This document shows positions 1-8,517 of a stretch of 64,000 bases of DNA, one piece after another. The notes under the pieces were generated by a model. It was given only the letters and a program-made list of their open reading frames with translations, made no database searches and was not told the DNA's origin. The position numbers were made by a program, and so were the translations under genes. Source of the DNA: Escherichia phage vB_Eco_ZCEC15; the sequence record PQ871103.1; one strand, 5' to 3'. Each line of letters begins with the position of its first letter. Within the stretch, counting starts at the first letter, position 1.

Positions 1-14
1 TTTCATGGTATTCC

Positions 15-905
15 TTAAGATTTAAGTAAATCGACAATTTTAATTAACTTTTCACGCTCAGATTTAGCTTTACTACTCAGTCCAGATAGTCTGAAAATTT
101 CATCATCATATTGTTGAATAGAAATATTCAGCTCTTCAATCTGTTTATTAAAATAATCAATTTGTTCAGAATGTTTTTCGTTACTACGAACTGATACAGG
201 TTTCGTAGGCAATGTAGTTGAACTGGATTCATCCGGGCGATAAATTAAAATACAACTTGAACCAATAGGGCATTTTGCACCAGATGAATATTCTAATGTT
301 CCAGCTTCTTTTAAAACTTCAAAAGCTAAACAGAGATGATGCCCCATATTGACATAATCTGTAGAGCGAGCTCTGATATAATAATCATCTCCACGAATAC
401 TAAATTTAAAGCATTTAAGGTCTTCTGTATTATTGGTCTTAAAAATCATTTGTTTATCTAGACCTTTAGCTAATCGAGCGCCTAATGCTAATAATCGTCT
501 TTGATTTTCCCACAAATCCGCAATCATTTGATCGAATGATAATTTTGGCATTAGTCGACCATAAAGGTCATATCCTTTATTATAATTACGAAGGATTTCA
601 CTCGCGTTAATACGAGACAATGCTCCAATTTTATTAAGGGCTTTCATAATGCGATTAGATAAACTCATTCCAGATCCGTTTGTTCGCTGCAAATGTTTTT
701 CTAATCCAAATCCAATATCAACTTTAAACTTATCTAAAATTTCTGCATGAACATCTCTGTCAATAACATTCAAATCCAAAGTTGGGTTAAATCTATGAAA
801 AAATTTATCCGGCTCTCCACGGCGAAATACAGTCCATTCATTCATCATTTTTTTATTAACTAAAGATTTAATTACTGCATTGACATTATTAATTACTACT
901 GACAT
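15..905 (-). CDS. hypothetical protein (~296 aa)
   Basis: Long ORF; start adjusted to ATG 903-905 preceded by GAGGAAAA RBS (track start 926 is TTG); no motif recognised. Confidence 0.55.
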   Translation of the reverse strand: MSVVINNVNAVIKSLVNKKMMNEWTVFRRGEPDKFFHRFNPTLDLNVIDRDVHAEILDKFKVDIGFGLEKHLQRTNGSGMSLSNRIMKALNKIGALSRINASEILRNYNKGYDLYGRLMPKLSFDQMIADLWENQRRLLALGARLAKGLDKQMIFKTNNTEDLKCFKFSIRGDDYYIRARSTDYVNMGHHLCLAFEVLKEAGTLEYSSGAKCPIGSSCILIYRPDESSSTTLPTKPVSVRSNEKHSEQIDYFNKQIEELNISIQQYDDEIFRLSGLSSKAKSEREKLIKIVDLLKS

Positions 906-912
906 ATTTTCC

Positions 913-1320
913 TCACTCAATTTCAATTTTACTAAATATACAGAATAAGATGGAACAGACTATATAAGCACCACACACAGATTGAACTAATACCATTCCA
1001 AAGAACCAAACAATATTATCAAACAATGTCTGTTTTACGTCGAAAGGACGTAAACTTACAGTAATATTATCACCTTTTTCTATTGAAGAATACATCTCTG
1101 GGGAAATATATTCACTAAATCTATAACCGTCTTTTAGTTCATATACGGCAATAAACGATAAACTAGACCCTTTTCCTTGTGTTCCTGTAATGGTATTAAC
1201 TACAGTAACATCATAATCTTTATAATGCATATAATCATTAATTGCGTAATAACCATATGCAACTACTACACATAAACAACATATCAATAAATTCAATCTT
1301 TTAATTATCAACTGTTTCAT
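913..1320 (-). CDS. small membrane protein (135 aa)
   Basis: ORF with hydrophobic N-terminal (LLICCLCVVVAYGYYAI) and C-terminal (IVWFFGMVLVQSVCGAYIVCSILFCIF) segments. Confidence 0.5.
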   Translation of the reverse strand: MKQLIIKRLNLLICCLCVVVAYGYYAINDYMHYKDYDVTVVNTITGTQGKGSSLSFIAVYELKDGYRFSEYISPEMYSSIEKGDNITVSLRPFDVKQTLFDNIVWFFGMVLVQSVCGAYIVCSILFCIFSKIEIE

Positions 1321-1375
1321 AATAATCTCAATTAAAAGGGCTTAGAACCATTATACCATCCTTGGTATAAAGCGG

Positions 1376-1903
1376 TTATGCGAGTACCGTCTTTAACCGT
1401 TCTTCAAACTTCCGAAGAGTATTTTGGCGTTCAGCTCTTTGCTTTTTGTAAGTTTCAATACGCTCTGAAATGAGAGTGTATCGTTCATTTACTGATTCTT
1501 TCATAAAATCAGGAATTTCACGAGAAGCTTTAATCTCGTCAAATTTATCAATAACAGCTTGCTCTTCAGCAATTAAGTTATCATACATTAAAATATCTTT
1601 CTTGATGAACTCAATATCTTCTTGAGTTACACGAGATAATTTAGATGCTTTATCCTTTTTGTACTGTTCGTTAGTATCACGAGACCAGTGTAATGTACGA
1701 TTTTTATTCGTATTCTTGTAAATTTCTACAATACCGATCTCATCAATAATAACGATCCAATTCCAACGGGATTTGTAAATTTGTCCTCCATCAACAGTGA
1801 TTTCACCTCCGATTGAGATGTCATTAAAGAACTTGCTTTGTGCCTCAGATTTAAATTTACCATCGTTGTAATTTACCAAGTTGAAAATATCTTTAGCGTT
1901 CAT
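1376..1903 (-). CDS. hypothetical protein (175 aa)
   Basis: ORF preceded by early-promoter motif and GGAGGAA RBS 7 nt upstream of ATG. Confidence 0.6.
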   Translation of the reverse strand: MNAKDIFNLVNYNDGKFKSEAQSKFFNDISIGGEITVDGGQIYKSRWNWIVIIDEIGIVEIYKNTNKNRTLHWSRDTNEQYKKDKASKLSRVTQEDIEFIKKDILMYDNLIAEEQAVIDKFDEIKASREIPDFMKESVNERYTLISERIETYKKQRAERQNTLRKFEERLKTVLA

Positions 1904-1931
1904 TTTGTGTTCCTCCGTAGTTGATAGTTGT

Positions 1932-1961
1932 ATAGTACCACAGAGGAACAGTCTTGTAAAC
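1932..1961 (-). promoter_or_regulatory. T4-type early (sigma70) promoter
   Basis: Minus-sense GTTTAC-N18-TACTAT with TGG extended -10; part of repeated 22-mer TGGTACTATACAACTATCAACT. Confidence 0.6.
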
Positions 1962-1963
1962 CA

Positions 1964-2266
1964 CTAAAAGAAACTTCTTTCACAATTTTTTCCACTGAAC
2001 CATGCACTTACCGCTTTCTTGGTCTCAGGAGCAGTGTTATCCATAAACCATTCAAAGGCAGCCTTTTTGTGATTCTGGAGGGCTTCTCGGGCTTTAATCT
2101 GCTCACGGTCTATTAACACTAACATATGAGCCTTTCTTGTCACCATGGGCTTCTTATGATTTTTTGAATACTCCCAGTCATTTGTCCATCGCATTGTCGT
2201 TGCAAACTGAAATACTGCTTCTTTAATTTTAGTTTCGTAAATTTCACGAGCCTTTGAGTATAACAT
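1964..2266 (-). CDS. hypothetical protein (~100 aa)
   Basis: ORF; start adjusted to ATG 2264-2266, 5 nt downstream of GGAGG. Confidence 0.5.
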   Translation of the reverse strand: MLYSKAREIYETKIKEAVFQFATTMRWTNDWEYSKNHKKPMVTRKAHMLVLIDREQIKAREALQNHKKAAFEWFMDNTAPETKKAVSAWFSGKNCERSFF

Positions 2267-2367
2267 CATTACCTCCATTCACCAGTTTAATTCTAGTCAT
2301 CTTTTTAATGGCAGTCCATATAATCTATTTCTGAACTGCCTTTTTGTTATAGAAGTCCTCTTATGAA

Positions 2368-3336
2368 TTATTTCAGAAGAGTAACCTCAGCGATTTCTTC
2401 CCAACCGTTTTTGTCGGTCATAATAAAGTCAGCAAGATAAAGAGCAGTACGCAGTGAAACATTGCGTAAACGATTAACATTAACTTTCATCCATGATAAT
2501 GCTTTATAAGTTTCTTCATCAGAAAGACCACGCTTTTGCATCATGTCAGTTGAAAGAATAACATCTTCAACCCTGACCATAATTTCTTCATTAGTGTGAA
2601 CACCCAAATCTAAATAAACCGAGCGGGACACTAATGCTTGTAAATGTGGAGCAAGTTTAGTACCACGGTCTAATTCGCGGTCAATGTCAACGTTTGTGAT
2701 AAAAACAATCGTTCCTTTAAATTCAAACTCACGCTCAATGCCTTTTTCTTCTAAGTAAGAAGACGCAGTGCTCCAGCAGACTTTACGGGTCTCTCCAGTG
2801 TCCAGAGCGGCTTTTAGAAGATTAAGAATGTCCATATCAGAGAAAACATCCACATCATCAATCAAAAGGACAGAATTCTCTTCACGATTATTCCAAAGCT
2901 GCTCATAAAGACCAATACCAGAGATTTTACCATTAATGCTTTTATATTCAATGTATCCAATATCATTTGCTTTATTTAAAGCTTTATCTAAAGAATACGT
3001 TTTACCAATACCTGCTGCACCAGAGATAATCAATGAACGAATATTTCCATTAATAATACCATTCGTCATCATTCCCATAACATTAAATCTTTTATTAATG
3101 CGGGTTTTCATATCTTCATATGATTCTTTAACTTCTTCAACTTTTACACCATCATATGAAATATCTGATTTGTAAACCCAAACACCGCGACGTTTACCGT
3201 CAATTTCAACAAAAACTTTACCATCTCCTTGTGCATCTACCGGAGCATTATCTGGGAACCATTCGCCTAAGAGCTCAAAAGTTCCAGAGATTTCTTTACC
3301 GAAGTAGATACCCTTATTGATAGTTACAGTTTTCAT
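2368..3336 (-). CDS. AAA+ family ATPase (~322 aa)
   Basis: Walker A GAAGIGKT, Walker B VLLIDDVD, sensor-1-like TIVFITN; start adjusted to ATG 3334-3336 after GGAG (track start is GTG); early promoter upstream. Confidence 0.65.
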   Translation of the reverse strand: MKTVTINKGIYFGKEISGTFELLGEWFPDNAPVDAQGDGKVFVEIDGKRRGVWVYKSDISYDGVKVEEVKESYEDMKTRINKRFNVMGMMTNGIINGNIRSLIISGAAGIGKTYSLDKALNKANDIGYIEYKSINGKISGIGLYEQLWNNREENSVLLIDDVDVFSDMDILNLLKAALDTGETRKVCWSTASSYLEEKGIEREFEFKGTIVFITNVDIDRELDRGTKLAPHLQALVSRSVYLDLGVHTNEEIMVRVEDVILSTDMMQKRGLSDEETYKALSWMKVNVNRLRNVSLRTALYLADFIMTDKNGWEEIAEVTLLK

Positions 3337-3372
3337 TTTATTCTCCAATTTCACATTTGTTTTGATAGGGTA

Positions 3373-3402
3373 ATAGTATCACACTACTACCCTACTGTAA
3401 AC
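3373..3402 (-). promoter_or_regulatory. early promoter within stem-loop (PeSL-like)
   Basis: GTTTAC-N18-TACTAT; -10 sits inside inverted repeat TAGGGTA...TACCCTA; upstream of AAA+ gene. Confidence 0.6.
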
Positions 3403-3405
3403 AAT

Positions 3406-3669
3406 TTATTTTAGTGTTTGCCAAATTTTTACTGCTTCGCGACGAGATACTTCTACAGCTCCAAGTTCTACGGCTTTTTGACGTCGGCGAGCATGTAAGT
3501 CATAATGTTTAATGCGTTTATCTTGAAACCAAGAACGTTTCATTCCTATTGCTTCTGCCATTTCATGGAGCTCTTCAATATCTCCATCAGTGAACATATG
3601 ACAATTTTTAGTTAGATGACCGCGAAGTTTCCATCCATGATTCATTAAAACATCTACGTAAACTGTCAT
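3406..3669 (-). CDS. small DUF4031-like protein (87 aa)
   Basis: ORF MTVYVD...HYDL...GAVEV resembling DUF4031 family as recalled; ATGA start/stop overlap with upstream gene. Confidence 0.5.
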   Translation of the reverse strand: MTVYVDVLMNHGWKLRGHLTKNCHMFTDGDIEELHEMAEAIGMKRSWFQDKRIKHYDLHARRRQKAVELGAVEVSRREAVKIWQTLK

Positions 3670-4859
3670 TGATTCTGCTCCAAATATGTTTCTATAATTT
3701 TCTGAGCGAGATAAACTGCGTTATCTTCAGTTGCATCTTCTAAGAAATTTTCAAAATAAGCTGAAATTTCTTCTGTGTCAATCAACTTTTTTACTTCAAT
3801 TAACGTAGTTTTCATTTTATTCCCCAAATCCGTATCAGTTGATAGTTGTATAGTACCATATCGGTGGTTTTCAAGATAAACCCTCTCAAGGAAGTCATCC
3901 CAGAACCCCATGTCTACTTTTTGCTGCATACCGTTCTTAGAAGCTTCAATGGATGCTGCTTCTACTTGATCGACCACATCTTCCAAAAACTCTTGAACCG
4001 TTTTAAATGGATGTTTACCCAGCTTCACGTCGAGAATAAATGAAGCATCTTGAAGTGGATAGACCAAGTCACCAGTTTTGTAAATTTCCAATAGTTGGAG
4101 TCCACCACGACAAGCATGACTCAGGGCTTTCCAGTCAATGCCCTCATTCGCCTCAGCCTTACGAGCACGTTCGCCGTATTCAGCATCTAATTTGTTCAGT
4201 GACTGCTTAAGCTCAATAAGAGAAAGCGTTGTCTGATATTTACGACCCAACACCGTATAGAATGTTTGTGGGCCTGTTTTCTCATGATTATGGAATACCC
4301 ATTCACAGAATTCGTTTTCTGGAAGACGATGCTTAATATCTTCTACCTTAGTCCGACGTAAACGATCTGGAATGCCTTCTTGATAATCAACCCATTGTTC
4401 AGGAATCTGGTTAACAATTTCCAATACACCACGCAGTGCAGCCAATCGAGAACCCTTAACGCCGTATTTAGAAGCTTGCTTGCGAACATATCCTAAATAG
4501 GATTTCATGTTAGTCGTATAAAAACGAGAACGATTGTCTTGAACAAATTTCCATACATCAGGCAAATCAGATTTAACTACCAGTTCAGGTGGAGTGTGGA
4601 GCATATCCAATGCTACAGTTTCACCATCTGCTGCTAATTTAAAGAAATACTTAAGACTGTATAGTTCATGGTCAATATCATCTTTAGTGTTTTTAGATGA
4701 TGTGCTGTTAGTGTTTTTACTCATATGCTCTTTAACATTTCCGATAAGAATATCACGAGCAGGAGGAACAAAGATTTCTTTAAAATCTACATCAGATTCT
4801 GGAGTAGAAGTTCCATAAAGATGACTACCAAAATAGCTTTTCATTACTGTTTTCATCAT
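3666..4859 (-). CDS. Pol-beta-superfamily nucleotidyltransferase-fold protein (397 aa)
   Basis: N-terminal motif FGSHLYGTSTPESDVD (GS...DxD) plus downstream acidic cluster DDIDHE; ATGA overlaps at both ends. Confidence 0.6.
   Translation of the reverse strand: MMKTVMKSYFGSHLYGTSTPESDVDFKEIFVPPARDILIGNVKEHMSKNTNSTSSKNTKDDIDHELYSLKYFFKLAADGETVALDMLHTPPELVVKSDLPDVWKFVQDNRSRFYTTNMKSYLGYVRKQASKYGVKGSRLAALRGVLEIVNQIPEQWVDYQEGIPDRLRRTKVEDIKHRLPENEFCEWVFHNHEKTGPQTFYTVLGRKYQTTLSLIELKQSLNKLDAEYGERARKAEANEGIDWKALSHACRGGLQLLEIYKTGDLVYPLQDASFILDVKLGKHPFKTVQEFLEDVVDQVEAASIEASKNGMQQKVDMGFWDDFLERVYLENHRYGTIQLSTDTDLGNKMKTTLIEVKKLIDTEEISAYFENFLEDATEDNAVYLAQKIIETYLEQNQ
3850..3881 (-). promoter_or_regulatory. 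early-promoter-like repeat copy inside the nucleotidyltransferase ORF
   Basis: Third exact copy of TGGTACTATACAACTATCAACT; -35 spacing atypical (GTTTAT-N20), so function uncertain. Confidence 0.35.
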
Positions 4860-5341
4860 TCAGCCTTATATTCAATAACAGGACATACTTTAGCTTTATG
4901 CGCTTTTAAAAATTCGACGATAATAGATTTCTTGGGTTGAATAGGCTCAAGTCCATTTTTGATTCGTTCTTCGTTTTGTACAATGAGCTCAATTTCTTTA
5001 TTGAGCTTTCGGTCGTTATATTTGTCTAACAACCAGGAAGGACCAATTACCGCCCCGACAGCAATAAGAACCATGACCGATAATGCTAAAATGCCTATAC
5101 CAATTGAAGCTGGAATTAATGTCCATAGACTACTAAAGACAAAGAATTTAATTAAAATTTCTTGGCCAATTATTGCAGCACCTGTTAAAGTTGCAAATCC
5201 AACAATTGAAACCGCTAATACCGGGAGAAACGTTTTCCAAAAATAAGCACATAACGTTTTTGGACGATTCCATGTGCTGTTAAATGCCGAGTAAATTTTA
5301 AAGTGCCAAGAGTTTTCATTAATAATCATAATTATAATCAT
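4856..5341 (-). CDS. multi-pass membrane protein (161 aa)
   Basis: ORF with 3-4 hydrophobic helices (LPVLAVSIVGFATLTGAAIIG, IGIGILALSVMVLIAVGAVIG); ATGA overlap with flanking genes. Confidence 0.55.
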   Translation of the reverse strand: MIIIMIINENSWHFKIYSAFNSTWNRPKTLCAYFWKTFLPVLAVSIVGFATLTGAAIIGQEILIKFFVFSSLWTLIPASIGIGILALSVMVLIAVGAVIGPSWLLDKYNDRKLNKEIELIVQNEERIKNGLEPIQPKKSIIVEFLKAHKAKVCPVIEYKAE

Positions 5342-5859
5342 CCTTTCATTGAAGGTGTAACAGTTGTTAAATACTTAATCATAGCTTCAGCTTCTGATTT
5401 TGATAATGAAATTTCTCCATTGTTTTGACGAATAGAAATAAAATCCGGATGACGGTCACCACCAGCTTTTAAAACACACATATAAGTATCAGTTTCATCT
5501 TCAATATCTGAAATGATTGAAGCAGTTCCACATGAATGTGGTTTTTGATAAATCAATACAGCTTTTCTTCCACCGTTTGACTGTTCATAAACTTTTAACA
5601 CATCAAACAAATCGCTTCTTTTATCAATAGCTAAGATGTTGTTTTCATCTTCAATATTAAATCCTTCGGATACTTCATAAAGTGTCACCCATAAATCACC
5701 AATATCAATAACAGCGTTCACTTTTCCATGACTTTCAAGAGCATTACAAATTTTCTTAATTTCATCATAACTCATTTTAATAATATCATCTCCTTGAATA
5801 AGGAAGATGTCATTTTTAAATTCAACACGAATTAAACCACTTCCACTTGAAATAAACAT
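5338..5859 (-). CDS. hypothetical protein (173 aa), paralog of next gene
   Basis: GAGGAAAT RBS before ATG; C-terminal region alignable with adjacent 180-aa ORF (shared ...A..KYL..V.P.M). Confidence 0.6.
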   Translation of the reverse strand: MFISSGSGLIRVEFKNDIFLIQGDDIIKMSYDEIKKICNALESHGKVNAVIDIGDLWVTLYEVSEGFNIEDENNILAIDKRSDLFDVLKVYEQSNGGRKAVLIYQKPHSCGTASIISDIEDETDTYMCVLKAGGDRHPDFISIRQNNGEISLSKSEAEAMIKYLTTVTPSMKG

Positions 5860-5865
5860 ATTTCC

Positions 5866-6408
5866 TCACTTTGAAATCATAGTTGGAATGACAGAATCAA
5901 GATAAGTCTTTAGCGCAATAGCTTCGTCTTTGGTAAATGTGACAATATGTGCTCGAGAATCATCAATTTGGCGAACAAGTACGACATCACCATCTTCATA
6001 AGAAGTTTTGACATCCAAAGTCGTAGTATAGTTTGCAGCTACTGGATTAATAATGCTAGCACTGCGATCTTTAGCCCATTGAAGTTTAGCCTTTTCGGAT
6101 GTTTCGGCTGATTCAGATTCCAAGAATTCTTTCACCTTAACAACGAATGTTGCCCAATTATCGATAGAAAGACACGCAAGTTCAGTTTCAATATTACCAC
6201 CGTGAGTGCCACGATAAAAACGAACTTGGAGGTCGCCTGTGATATTAGTTACACTGGTAACTCCTGAGGGAGTATAAGATAAAATCGCAGCTAGTTCCAT
6301 AGGAAGAATAGTAATACTATCGTCTTCCTGTGTCAGAACGTATGCATTACCACGTTTTTCGATAACTAGATCACCGAACAAATCAGTTGTTTCAATTACA
6401 GCTTTCAT
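5866..6408 (-). CDS. hypothetical protein (~180 aa), paralog of previous gene
   Basis: ORF; start adjusted to ATG 6406-6408 (track start is TTG); paralogous to 5338-5859. Confidence 0.6.
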   Translation of the reverse strand: MKAVIETTDLFGDLVIEKRGNAYVLTQEDDSITILPMELAAILSYTPSGVTSVTNITGDLQVRFYRGTHGGNIETELACLSIDNWATFVVKVKEFLESESAETSEKAKLQWAKDRSASIINPVAANYTTTLDVKTSYEDGDVVLVRQIDDSRAHIVTFTKDEAIALKTYLDSVIPTMISK

Positions 6409-6409
6409 A

Positions 6410-6604
6410 TTATTTACCAATTAAAGTTTCAATATAAGAATCAAGATGTACTTTAGCTTCTTCCATAAGAGTTTTGTATTTAATCTTAATCTTATTAGCA
6501 TGTCTGGAGAAAGCTGATTCTTCATCAATAACTGTTGATGCATGAACAGCTTTACTATAAATCTCAATTAATTCTCTTAACTCAAAAGCTTGTTCATTTG
6601 TCAT
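6410..6604 (-). CDS. hypothetical small protein (64 aa)
   Basis: ORF with AAAGGAG RBS upstream of ATG. Confidence 0.45.
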   Translation of the reverse strand: MTNEQAFELRELIEIYSKAVHASTVIDEESAFSRHANKIKIKYKTLMEEAKVHLDSYIETLIGK

Positions 6605-6708
6605 TACATGCTCCTTTGAATAATATCAATAATGTTGTTCACCAGATTATAAGTAAACATTGGGTAATTATATTGAATCATCACATACACAACAAACAAA
6701 ACTTTCAT
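6604..6708 (-). CDS. possible hydrophobic micro-protein (34 aa)
   Basis: Not in track (<60 aa); AAGGAGAAGAGA RBS then ATG directly downstream of an early promoter; stop overlaps next start. Confidence 0.3.
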   Translation of the reverse strand: MKVLFVVYVMIQYNYPMFTYNLVNNIIDIIQRSM

Positions 6709-6736
6709 TCTCTTCTCCTTGGAAGTTGACAAGATT

Positions 6737-6766
6737 ACTATATCATAACCTTGCCAACTTGTAAAC
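6737..6766 (-). promoter_or_regulatory. T4-type early promoter
   Basis: GTTTAC-N18-TATAGT followed by RBS and ATG. Confidence 0.55.
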
Positions 6767-6768
6767 CA

Positions 6769-6915
6769 TTAAATGACGTTTTCAATAAAATTCTGAAGCT
6801 TTGTGTGAGCATTAACCATGATTTTCATTTCTTCCTTTGCGAAAGCTGTACCTCTTTCTCGAGCAGAATACTCATAGTCAGAAACTGCATTAGCATATTC
6901 TTCAATTAGCTTCAT
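6769..6915 (-). CDS. possible small protein (48 aa)
   Basis: Unlisted ORF filling the gap between flanking minus-strand genes; weak RBS. Confidence 0.25.
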   Translation of the reverse strand: MKLIEEYANAVSDYEYSARERGTAFAKEEMKIMVNAHTKLQNFIENVI

Positions 6916-6931
6916 TAAAAACATCTGCTTT

Positions 6932-7126
6932 TCAGTTTTCATTATTCCACCTAATCATTTCAAGATATTGAACTAACTTAGCTTTGGATTTATCCAAATC
7001 CTTTTTAGCTGCTTCTATACCATCGTATGAGTATCCTTCACAATGCTCAACTGCTAATTGGTATGAATCTATTTCAATATCACGTGCTAATTTAATGATT
7101 TTTTCAAACTGTTCACTTGTCAGCAT
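6932..7126 (-). CDS. hypothetical small protein (64 aa)
   Basis: ORF in compact same-strand gene array. Confidence 0.45.
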   Translation of the reverse strand: MLTSEQFEKIIKLARDIEIDSYQLAVEHCEGYSYDGIEAAKKDLDKSKAKLVQYLEMIRWNNEN

Positions 7127-7128
7127 AC

Positions 7129-7332
7129 TTAAACTCTCGTATTATGATCGATAATTTCATCAAGAAACATATCTAAAGCTTCTACAGCATTATTAACTTT
7201 AGCTTCAAATTTTTCAATACCTTTATTTGCAATGCCTGCCGAAAACCAAGCAAAGTCACTAAGTTCCTCATCTGCTTTGCGAATTAAAGCTACCAATTCT
7301 TTAATTTTATCTGCTTGTTCAATTCTAGTCAT
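7129..7332 (-). CDS. hypothetical small protein (~67 aa)
   Basis: ORF; start adjusted to ATG 7330-7332 (MTRIEQ...) overlapping upstream stop. Confidence 0.45.
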   Translation of the reverse strand: MTRIEQADKIKELVALIRKADEELSDFAWFSAGIANKGIEKFEAKVNNAVEALDMFLDEIIDHNTRV

Positions 7333-7520
7333 TATTCCACCACATATGAAAGAGAGAATATTGCACACGCCATATGAGTTGCAGCTTCATCACACATATC
7401 ATAACGTTTCTTAAGAAGTTCTACAAGTTCTTCACTAGTAACTTCATCCATGTCGACGAAAAAATCACCATTAATGATGACGTAGATATTTCCTTCTTGA
7501 TTGAGTGCTTCAATTTTCAT
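7332..7520 (-). CDS. hypothetical small protein (~62 aa)
   Basis: AGGAG RBS 7 nt before ATG 7518-7520; early promoter immediately upstream. Confidence 0.55.
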   Translation of the reverse strand: MKIEALNQEGNIYVIINGDFFVDMDEVTSEELVELLKKRYDMCDEAATHMACAIFSLSYVVE

Positions 7521-7548
7521 GATGTTCTCCTCTTTATCCGATGGTTGT

Positions 7549-7578
7549 ATAGTATCACGGCTCAAATTGAAAGTAAAC
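7549..7578 (-). promoter_or_regulatory. T4-type early promoter
   Basis: GTTTAC-N18-TACTAT, then AGGAG RBS and ATG at 7520. Confidence 0.6.
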
Positions 7579-7587
7579 TGGTAAAAT

Positions 7588-7611
7588 GAAAAAAGTCTCC
7601 CGAAGGAGACT
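7588..7611 (-). terminator. rho-independent terminator after rI.-1
   Basis: Hairpin AGTCTCC-TTCG-GGAGACT followed by U-run on minus strand. Confidence 0.6.
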
Positions 7612-7615
7612 AATG

Positions 7616-8002
7616 TTATTCGAGGGAAAGAAGATATTTGCTCTGGTAAAACATCCCAGTAATATCATCTATCGTGCTTTGAATGGCTGGAGGCATTTCT
7701 TTATAAATGCTGTTAGATTGGTCTAGTATGTGATCAATCATTTTAATTGTGTCGGTAGGAAGTTTACTGGCATCTGGAATAGAAGGCGTGTATTTTCTAC
7801 CAGAATACCCTAAATATTGCTCACCAAATTTATCAATCAAATCTGGCAATTCAGAGAAAATAAAATCGTATGCTTTGTGTCTAGCATAACTTTTAGTTTC
7901 AAAATGTGCAGAATGAAAATAAGCTTGTGCAGCCATTAATAAACCTAAGTATTCATCTGCCTTTGAAGGTTTTCCACTTTGTGAAAAGTCGCTGAATTTC
8001 AT
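7616..8002 (-). CDS. rI.-1-like protein (128 aa)
   Basis: ORF immediately downstream of rI with 4-nt overlap; position matches T4 rI.-1. Confidence 0.65.
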   Translation of the reverse strand: MKFSDFSQSGKPSKADEYLGLLMAAQAYFHSAHFETKSYARHKAYDFIFSELPDLIDKFGEQYLGYSGRKYTPSIPDASKLPTDTIKMIDHILDQSNSIYKEMPPAIQSTIDDITGMFYQSKYLLSLE

Positions 8003-8292
8003 TCAGTCTCCAATTTAATGTTCATAATTCTAGCGTATGATTGTGCCATCTCCGCGCCTCGCTCTATACATTCAAAATCGGAAGAGCACGGGTCATTTTT
8101 ATAAGTCGTTCGCATAAAACTATAGAACTGTTCAGATGATTCTACGCTTTTATTTTCAAAAAGCATATAAACGTGTCTAATACCAGATTCCATAAATTTA
8201 TCAAAATGAGGATCGACATTCGCTTCAATTGGTGGAGATAAAGCAAACGCTAATCCTAGCATGGCAAATAGTGCCGTTGCTTTTAAGGCCAT
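7999..8292 (-). CDS. rI: lysis-inhibition regulator (antiholin) RI
   Basis: 97 aa with N-terminal signal-anchor MALKATALFAMLGLAFALS; sequence and length match T4 RI as recalled. Confidence 0.85.
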   Translation of the reverse strand: MALKATALFAMLGLAFALSPPIEANVDPHFDKFMESGIRHVYMLFENKSVESSEQFYSFMRTTYKNDPCSSDFECIERGAEMAQSYARIMNIKLETE

Positions 8293-8304
8293 AAAGGCCT
8301 CCTA

Positions 8305-8517
8305 TCATTTTTGTCCTGTATTTACTTTATGCCGATGCACGGCCTTAACTTTATCAAGGTATTTTTCAAAATTTCGCAATCTAGTATAGTCTGCCGGAGA
8401 TTGGTTGAGTGATACTTCTCGACGCAAAGCTGAAATGATATTTCCAACTTCCCTACGAATTTCATCTAATTGAAGAACAGTAAGATTGCGAAGTTGCTTT
8501 TCAGTTAATTGTAGCAT
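8305..8517 (-). CDS. hypothetical protein (70 aa), rI.1 position
   Basis: ORF between tk and rI. Confidence 0.55.

Noticed and set aside
2936-3175. Plus-strand 79-aa ORF inside the AAA+ ATPase gene (and similar antisense ORFs at 3846-4043, 4594-4940, 4959-5246, 11347-11873, 13099-13397, 18843-19190, 59972-60548)
   Set aside because: All lie antisense within better-supported minus-strand genes in AT-rich DNA; no RBS or promoter context.
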